DNA of 64,000 nt from a virus: positions 37,259-101,258 of the IMG/VR virus record IMGVR_UViG_3300034374_009254. The stretch is one strand, 5' to 3'. Shown one piece after another: positions 58,789 to 64,000 of the stretch. Each line of letters begins with the position of its first letter. The first letter of the stretch is position 1. The notes under the pieces were generated by a model. That model did no database searches. It saw nothing but the letters and a program-made list of their open reading frames with translations, and had not been told where the DNA came from. The translations under genes were made by a program, and so were the position numbers.

Positions 58789-59347
58789 TTAAATGGTGAG
58801 GAATCGCCAAAAGTTTGAGGGAAGTCAGGGACGCCATTAGTGTTGCTACCCACTATGCGATAAGACAGTAAAGATCCCGGTAAAAGTTAACTCGGCCTAT
58901 CCGGAGCCCTCATCATTATCCATCTACAGTTGTTGACCAGTCCACCGACGGGTGAGAGGGCATCTATCTGTAGATCAGCCAGCCTGAAGCTAGAATTCAG
59001 GTAGTGCAAGGGACGCACTCGTTAGTTCCCCGCCCTACGCCGAGGTTGTCTGTCGGTGTACGTTCGGAAGGCGTATAACTTCTGTCCAGTTACCAGTTGG
59101 TGCGATTTGTATTCTGGGGTATCAAAAACAAAAACGCGGTGAAGTTGTAATCTGCAGTACAGCTTCAGGTATGTGAGGAGGGGGTGCATATCACTTTAAC
59201 TATAGGAGGAAGTCCTGTAAGTAGCAAATCGCGATAGAGCGTCGAAAACTCTCATGGCTACTTAAAGGCACTATATAGCCTAGTGGCAGTTCGCGGCTCT
59301 AAACCTAACTGTAAAATCCCTGCATAGAAATATGTGGGGATTTTTTT
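58789..59347 (+). ncRNA. Candidate ~550-nt structured non-coding RNA
   Basis: Promoter TTGACA-18-TATAAT (58753-58782), no long ORF, at least 10 hairpins, strong terminator at 59313-59347. Confidence 0.75.
59313..59347 (+). terminator. Intrinsic terminator
   Basis: AAAATCCCTGCATA-GAAA-TATGTGGGGATTTT-TTT. Confidence 0.88.
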
Positions 59348-59418
59348 ATGCCTTCAGAAAATTTTTCTTGACATTTTTTGGCAGGTGCGATATAATATGT
59401 GGTTCTGAGGAGAATTTT

Positions 59419-59763
59419 ATGAGTGATAATATTATTGAATTTCCAGTACACCTTACAGCGGGGTCTCAACGAACCAGAAATGAACTGGCAGACATGGGAC
59501 ACAGTCTCGAGCGAGTGTATGAAAGCCTGGAGGAAGCAATGACTGCAATGTCAGAGATGGAAACAGCAATTAAAGAGCTGGAAAATCGTTACAATGAGAA
59601 ATTGCTGGAACTTGCGGAACAGGTGGGAATTGAAAACCTTACAATTGATGATGTAAAGTACGCAACCAATATCGGGGTCGGTACGGGGTCGCGGGAGTTT
59701 ACATTTGAGTTGGAAGACGGAAAGATGTTTAAATTCGTACTAGAGGAAGATCCGAATGAGTAA
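59419..59763 (+). CDS. Coiled-coil acidic protein
   Basis: Promoter 59368-59396, GAGGAG RBS, MSDNIIEFP start. Confidence 0.75.
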   Translation: MSDNIIEFPVHLTAGSQRTRNELADMGHSLERVYESLEEAMTAMSEMETAIKELENRYNEKLLELAEQVGIENLTIDDVKYATNIGVGTGSREFTFELEDGKMFKFVLEEDPNE

Positions 59764-60070
59764 TTATTCAGAAAACGAAGTAAAAGAGATGCTAGAAGTT
59801 TACACTGCAAATCCGTGCAGAGAAAGTGTAAACGAACTGGCAGAAAAAATGGGTCGAAGTGTAAAGTCAATTATAGGAAAGCTCTCGCGTGAGGGAGTTT
59901 ATAGGCGAGAGAAGTACTTGACTAAAACTGGAGAAAACCCTGTCACAAAAGTAGAAATACTAGAAGAAATTGCAGAAAAACTTGATCTAGACGTGACCAA
60001 GTTATCAGGATTGGAGAAGGCTCCTAAGCCAGTTTTAAAATTATTGGCAGAACGTGTTGGATTAAGTTAA
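59756..60070 (+). CDS. T5 A2/D3-like DNA-binding protein (third paralog)
   Basis: NYSE...ELAEKMGRSVKSIIGKLSREGVY...TKTGENPVTKVE...LEKAPK. Confidence 0.8.
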   Translation: MSNYSENEVKEMLEVYTANPCRESVNELAEKMGRSVKSIIGKLSREGVYRREKYLTKTGENPVTKVEILEEIAEKLDLDVTKLSGLEKAPKPVLKLLAERVGLS

Positions 60071-60395
60071 AATCACGCTCTTATTATTTGCGTTTGGGCA
60101 AAATTGTGTTTGCTTTAGACGGAATTGTAGTAAAGCAGTTTGAATGTTTAGACCCGCTTTAGTTATATTTAATTATCGGGGTCATTAGCGATTAGGTCAG
60201 AATGTAATCCAAATTGAAATTGAATTAGCGGGGATTTCAATAGTCAATATGCAACAACGAGCTAATCTTGTGGTTTTACCACCGGATGCTCCCTTAATTC
60301 CGCATCCGAGGTAATAGCACAAATAACTCTATGCACAATGACTATTTTTTGGTTAGATAGAATAGTGACTGACCTTATTGTCTATCAATTTATGA
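60071..60395 (-). ncRNA. Candidate ~320-nt structured non-coding RNA (strand inferred)
   Basis: No ORF; nested and crossing stems; minus-strand extended -10 TGGTAAAAT near 60399-60407. Confidence 0.5.
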
Positions 60396-60477
60396 TATAT
60401 TTTACCACACTTTTTGCAAAAACACAACAACTATTTTTCCCAGGTATCGCTTTTCTGGACTGGGATGGAGATCTAAT

Positions 60478-60678
60478 ATGTATATACTAAAAGATGAGAA
60501 AAACATACACGGCGTATTCAGTAATGAATCTTACGCTACCCTGGCTTCACGTTTTGTGCAGGCCGAACACGGCCCCGGGCCTTATCCAGAACTACGAATT
60601 GTACACGTTCATCCAGATACAATTCGTAAAGTAGATATTCGTACTCTACTTCGATTTTATGAAAGTGCGGAAAAATAA
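60478..60678 (+). CDS. Hypothetical protein
   Basis: GGAG RBS. Confidence 0.65.
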   Translation: MYILKDEKNIHGVFSNESYATLASRFVQAEHGPGPYPELRIVHVHPDTIRKVDIRTLLRFYESAEK

Positions 60679-60679
60679 A

Positions 60680-61441
60680 ATGAGAACAGAGATATTAGTA
60701 GATGGACAAGTTCTTTCTATCGAAGATGCCCACGGAACAGTTACAGATGACTTTGGGTATTCGTGGGTTTGTGTAAAAGGAGAGGAAAAAGCTTGGCATT
60801 ATAGAGTTCCTCCTGGAATGAGACATACACAACAAGAGTATGACGAATTTTTAGAACGAGCTCAAATGAGTAAGTGGCATAAAGAAATGCAACAGATGAT
60901 GACAAAGGGTTATCCACACGGAAGGCTTGAGTATTATCGTCCAGAAATTGACAGAAGAGCAGACTTTATGTTAGGAACTAGAGTATGGGAATTTCAGTAC
61001 TCAGATCTAACAGAAGACGTAATTATGGGCAGAACAGAAGATTGGAACAGTTTAGATTTTGATGTTACTTGGGTTTTGCATACAGATTTGTTAAGTCCAA
61101 TTAAGTATCAGCCCCGACTTATGTGGCACGGGGAGTGTATCTCAACTGCAAATTTTCCTACAAAAACTTTATGTAAATGGTTTAAGCCTTTAGAGTTAAA
61201 TGCTGTTGTAATGAGCGTTCAGCCTTTGTTTCAGTGGGGAGGGCACGGAACCGACAGCTATGGTCGTCCAGGCCTACGCATACGAAGTGATGCTAAAGAC
61301 TTTATACCAAAAACCGGAGAAGACGCTTTATATAGGTTTTATAACGCATCTTATAATAAAGAATATAAAAGCTATATTGTTTTAGGAGGTGTAACATTTA
61401 ATTGGGTGCATGCTTTTAAGGCAGAAAGGGGAAGAATGTAG
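60680..61441 (+). CDS. CoiA-like PD-(D/E)XK nuclease
   Basis: MSKWH, RRAD, EFQYS....I..RT, VTWV. Confidence 0.7.
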   Translation: MRTEILVDGQVLSIEDAHGTVTDDFGYSWVCVKGEEKAWHYRVPPGMRHTQQEYDEFLERAQMSKWHKEMQQMMTKGYPHGRLEYYRPEIDRRADFMLGTRVWEFQYSDLTEDVIMGRTEDWNSLDFDVTWVLHTDLLSPIKYQPRLMWHGECISTANFPTKTLCKWFKPLELNAVVMSVQPLFQWGGHGTDSYGRPGLRIRSDAKDFIPKTGEDALYRFYNASYNKEYKSYIVLGGVTFNWVHAFKAERGRM

Positions 61442-61585
61442 TAGTGAGCAAAGAAAAAAAGTTCTTGACAAGTTTGGTACCAAAATGTTACAATTTTGTT
61501 ACAAAATGATATTTTTCATTTTAAAACTTACTAAATTTGTCGTGAGACAACGGAAATCGTCGTGATGACGAATAGGAGAAAACGT

Positions 61586-61828
61586 ATGAAATATTTTATA
61601 GCAGCACTGTGCCTAGTGTTTGCCGGGGCAGCATACGCAGACAAAGAACAAGCAGTAGTAGTTCGGGATAAGAATAATAATTTTTATGTAGTAGTGTATG
61701 ATTGTGGAACACCAGCAGTAAGAGCATGGCTTCGAGGAGCCGCAGAAGTCGGAGAGATTATTCGTATTCGCGATAAACGAGATCGAACAAGACTCTGTAC
61801 TATTACAGATGTAAAAGAACTAGCATAA
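61586..61828 (+). CDS. Small secreted/periplasmic protein
   Basis: Signal peptide MKYFIAALCLVFAGAAYA; AGGAG RBS. Confidence 0.75.
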   Translation: MKYFIAALCLVFAGAAYADKEQAVVVRDKNNNFYVVVYDCGTPAVRAWLRGAAEVGEIIRIRDKRDRTRLCTITDVKELA

Positions 61829-61830
61829 AG

Positions 61831-61854
61831 AAAGGGGCATTGCGCCCCTTTTTT
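61831..61854. terminator. Bidirectional terminator
   Basis: AAAGGGGC-ATTGC-GCCCCTTTT between convergent genes. Confidence 0.85.
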
Positions 61855-62233
61855 AATAGAGTATCTTTTTTAGATCTGGAGCAAAGAAATTTGGTCCTTT
61901 TACAACTTTACCATCAAAGCGTTTGATAGGCTTACCATCTTCTCCTAGCTTGCTCATATTGCTTTCGTGTACTTCTACGAAGCAAGCATCAAGATCAATG
62001 CCAAAAGCATGACCGGCTCCGTAAACCACGTAGAGCAAATCTGTAAGAGCATCAGCAATTTCAATAATGTCTTTCGCACCCATAGCTTCATGTAGCTCCT
62101 CCAATTCTTCTCTGATAAGTTCGTGCCGGAGCGCTCTTGTTTCCGGGTCACGAAGAGTGGGGTTACTGTGTACATCTTGTTCAAACGCGTGCATGAACTC
62201 GGCGACGAGTTCGAAGTTTGTTTTGTTCTGCAA
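61853..62233 (-). CDS. MazG-like / PRA-PH family NTP pyrophosphohydrolase
   Basis: LIREELEEL, EIADALTDLLYVVYG, EVHESNMSK, DGKVVKGPNF; start probably TTG at 62233. Confidence 0.88.
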   Translation of the reverse strand: MQNKTNFELVAEFMHAFEQDVHSNPTLRDPETRALRHELIREELEELHEAMGAKDIIEIADALTDLLYVVYGAGHAFGIDLDACFVEVHESNMSKLGEDGKPIKRFDGKVVKGPNFFAPDLKKILY

Positions 62234-62399
62234 TTCTTCTTTTCTCCCTTGCTTTAGCTGATAATTTTGCCTTCGATCTTGCAATGGAAGGCTTTTCAAA
62301 ATACTGTTTTTCTTTGTAGTCAAAAAGTTTGTCTGCGTATTTACGTTTAAAAACTTTTAAAGCTGCATTCACATTGTTGTTCCTTACTTTTACGGACAT
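62181..62399 (-). CDS. rpsU: Ribosomal protein bS21
   Basis: VKVRNNNVNAALKVFKRK...YFEKPS...K..AK.R. Confidence 0.88.
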   Translation of the reverse strand: MSVKVRNNNVNAALKVFKRKYADKLFDYKEKQYFEKPSIARSKAKLSAKAREKRRIAEQNKLRTRRRVHARV

Positions 62400-62552
62400 A
62401 AGTTAAGTTTATAGACTACAAAGAGCCTCTTTTTATGAAAAGATCGTATTTCATCTCTAAAAAATCACCAAAATCAGTGGTGATATAGTGAGTTGAAGTA
62501 CGCCACATTTCCTCTAGCTCAACTAGAAAAAACTCTAAAAACTGATCGAAAT

Positions 62553-62735
62553 TCATGCCTCTAGCCTCTTAAAGTACCAACCTCGTTTTTGTAGGTAATG
62601 AGCTTGCGAAGCTATCGCAGTCAGAGTTCGAGATGGCAACAATTCCTGTAGTTTTTCTTTATCTACAGTATAATAATTTTGACGAAGTAATTCTCGTTCT
62701 CGAATACTCCAGGGTTTTCTTTCATATTTTTTCAT
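62553..62735 (-). CDS. Small HTH/Myb-like DNA-binding protein
   Basis: WS..E.ELL...Y....L..LLP.RT..AI...A..L; near-leaderless after promoter 62742-62770. Confidence 0.65.
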   Translation of the reverse strand: MKKYERKPWSIRERELLRQNYYTVDKEKLQELLPSRTLTAIASQAHYLQKRGWYFKRLEA

Positions 62736-62741
62736 CCTAGT

Positions 62742-62830
62742 ATTATAGTGGAAAACTGTAAAAAAGTCAAGTACTTTTTTTGACCACCCCTAAAATACTT
62801 CTTGACTTTAACTCCTTTCTCTGGTATAAT
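62742..62830. promoter_or_regulatory. Divergent sigma70 promoter pair
   Basis: Minus strand TTGACT-17-TATAAT (62742-62770); plus strand TTGACT-17-TATAAT with TG extension (62802-62830). Confidence 0.85.
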
Positions 62831-62886
62831 TGTTGTCATAATGAGAAGTATACCTAGACAATTTTGTTTGGGCAAAGGAGATCCTC

Positions 62887-63033
62887 TTGATAACTACTAC
62901 TGAATTTGCAATTTTTATTTTTTGCCTTCTTGGGTGTGGAATACACTCTTGGAAGTTAGGAAAATCACAAGGAGTAGAGGCTACCGTCCAGTACATGATT
63001 GATACGGGAGTACTCGAAGTAGAAGATGAATAA
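62887..63033 (+). CDS. 48-aa single-TM protein (not in ORF track)
   Basis: AAGGAG RBS, TTG start, MITTTEFAIFIFCLLGCGIHSWKLGKSQGVEATV... Confidence 0.65.
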   Translation: MITTTEFAIFIFCLLGCGIHSWKLGKSQGVEATVQYMIDTGVLEVEDE

Positions 63034-63091
63034 TTCGTTGAAGTAATAAACTAACGGTTGGACTCGGGTGCAATTCCCGACAGCTCCACCA
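63032..63091 (+). ncRNA. ssrA: tmRNA acceptor piece (permuted gene, 3' half first)
   Basis: GAC + T-arm TCGGG-TGCAATT-CCCGA + CAGCTCC-A-CCA. Confidence 0.9.
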
Positions 63092-63105
63092 TAAGGAGTT
63101 TTATA

Positions 63106-63276
63106 ATGCGTATACCAATGAAAGGTGGTGATGAGTTTGATGGACTGTCTCGACGTTCTAAAAGATTTTTTCTTTGGAGAGCCGGAGAAAGAAAGAGCCT
63201 CAAGAGAAAGTACAATAAACGACGCAGAAAGACTTTTTATGATGGGGCTGATACAGACTCGACAGGCGTACAGTAG
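63106..63276 (+). CDS. 56-aa basic protein encoded in the tmRNA intervening segment
   Basis: AAGGAG at 63093-98, ATG at 63106, MRIPMKGGDEFDGLSRRSKRFFLWRAGERKSLKRKYNKRRRKTFYDGADTDSTGVQ. Confidence 0.75.
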   Translation: MRIPMKGGDEFDGLSRRSKRFFLWRAGERKSLKRKYNKRRRKTFYDGADTDSTGVQ

Positions 63277-63410
63277 ACTTATGGAGAATTCGTGCGGAAG
63301 CTACGTTAACGCAACAAACTTAATAAATGCCAACGACGACATTTATGCACTTGCTGCCTAATTAAAGGTAAGCGGGGTGGGAGGAGCCTGGCAACAGAAA
63401 TCCTCAAGCT
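63244..63410 (+). ncRNA. ssrA: tmRNA coding piece; tag ANDDIYALAA
   Basis: GGGGCTGATACAGACTCGAC 5' end, pk1-like element, ATAAAT-GCC resume context, tag 63329-63361. Confidence 0.92.
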
Positions 63411-63429
63411 ACTCCAAAGGAGGAGAAAT

Positions 63430-63822
63430 ATGAAGAAACTTTTAGCGGGGTTTGCACTTCTCGGCCTTTCAGCCGGAATCGGTGCAGAAACTGTAATTAA
63501 CTATGATGATGGCTCTACCTACACTTTGGAAGAGAATCAAGAAATTTATATCAGTACGCCGAACAGTGCTTTATTTAAGCGGCAGCTCATGAAAAATAAG
63601 GACACTTTTTTTCGTGTTCAAGAGCCTTGGACAAAGCGTGACTATGTGCCTGATCCAGACGGAACTGATACTATGGTCGTAGGCTCACACGAATGGTGTA
63701 AAGCATACAAGCCTTGGCACGAAGGTCTTACGTTTAACATGATTTCATGGCAACGTGCTTGTGATACCAACAACGATGGTGTGTATGATGAGGACGACGA
63801 CAGATGGCCTGACGAAGGCTAA
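63430..63822 (+). CDS. Secreted/periplasmic protein with C-terminal EF-hand-like loop
   Basis: Signal peptide; DTNNDGVYDEDD. Confidence 0.75.
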   Translation: MKKLLAGFALLGLSAGIGAETVINYDDGSTYTLEENQEIYISTPNSALFKRQLMKNKDTFFRVQEPWTKRDYVPDPDGTDTMVVGSHEWCKAYKPWHEGLTFNMISWQRACDTNNDGVYDEDDDRWPDEG

Positions 63823-63908
63823 ATTACTGGGGGCTTCGGTCCCCTTCTAAAATCGCATTACTGAAAAGGATGCAAAGCGTGTACCGAAAGGGCACAGGAG
63901 AAAAAACC

Positions 63909-64000
63909 ATGACAAAGCAAAATTTATTGAATATTAACGACTTTCACAAGTTCTTTTTGGGACTTGATCTTCATCCAGATTTCTTTTCAAACTCCCCCAT
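63909..64000 (+). CDS. Probable small heat-shock protein Hsp20, partial
   Basis: AGGAG RBS; MTKQNLLNINDFHKFFLGLD resembles the IbpA-type xIGFD N-terminus; only 30 codons visible. Confidence 0.45.
   Translation, partial: MTKQNLLNINDFHKFFLGLDLHPDFFSNSP

Noticed and set aside
58816-58912. RNase P RNA-like words GAGGGAAGTCAGG and AACTCGGCCTAT
   Set aside because: The two segments do not form the P4 helix and are too close together; not called RNase P without a covariance search
63061-63091. tmRNA 3' fragment read as an attP/prophage attachment site
   Set aside because: It pairs with the downstream 5' half as a permuted gene; no integrase or host genes in the window
63125-63361. 78-aa ORF ending in the ssrA tag
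   Set aside because: No convincing RBS and it overlaps a better-supported ORF and the tmRNA structure; probably a chance open frame, though it would yield a natively tagged product
1-64000. Alternative genetic code or canonical tRNA genes
   Set aside because: Core genes are intact in the standard code with all three stops used; the only tRNA-like element I found is the tmRNA domain

Overview
The window is a segment of a lytic T5-like (Demerecviridae-type) siphophage genome, probably marine and infecting a proteobacterium. 1-52.2 kb is the leftward late block. It holds an unusually large set of modular tail fibres/adhesins, a lambda-type M-L-K-I-J tail tip, tape measure, frameshifting tail chaperones, tail tube, neck proteins, a protease-major capsid fusion with an internal capsid start, portal, HNH nuclease, TerL, spanins, holin-like genes and TerS. 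At ~53.2-56.4 kb is a visibly GC-richer module that by T5 synteny looks like the terminal repeat / first-step-transfer (pre-early) region. It encodes an A2-like protein, a HAD phosphatase and PPK2. It carries a Fur box on the left and, on the right, a perfect parS palindrome plus four gene-less leftward consensus sigma70 promoters. 56.4-64 kb is the early region: small genes, two long structured non-coding segments, a MazG-like pyrophosphatase, ribosomal protein bS21, a probable Hsp20, and a circularly permuted (two-piece) tmRNA whose intervening segment carries its own protein-coding ORF. All product calls come from motif and family recognition by eye; no database searches were run.
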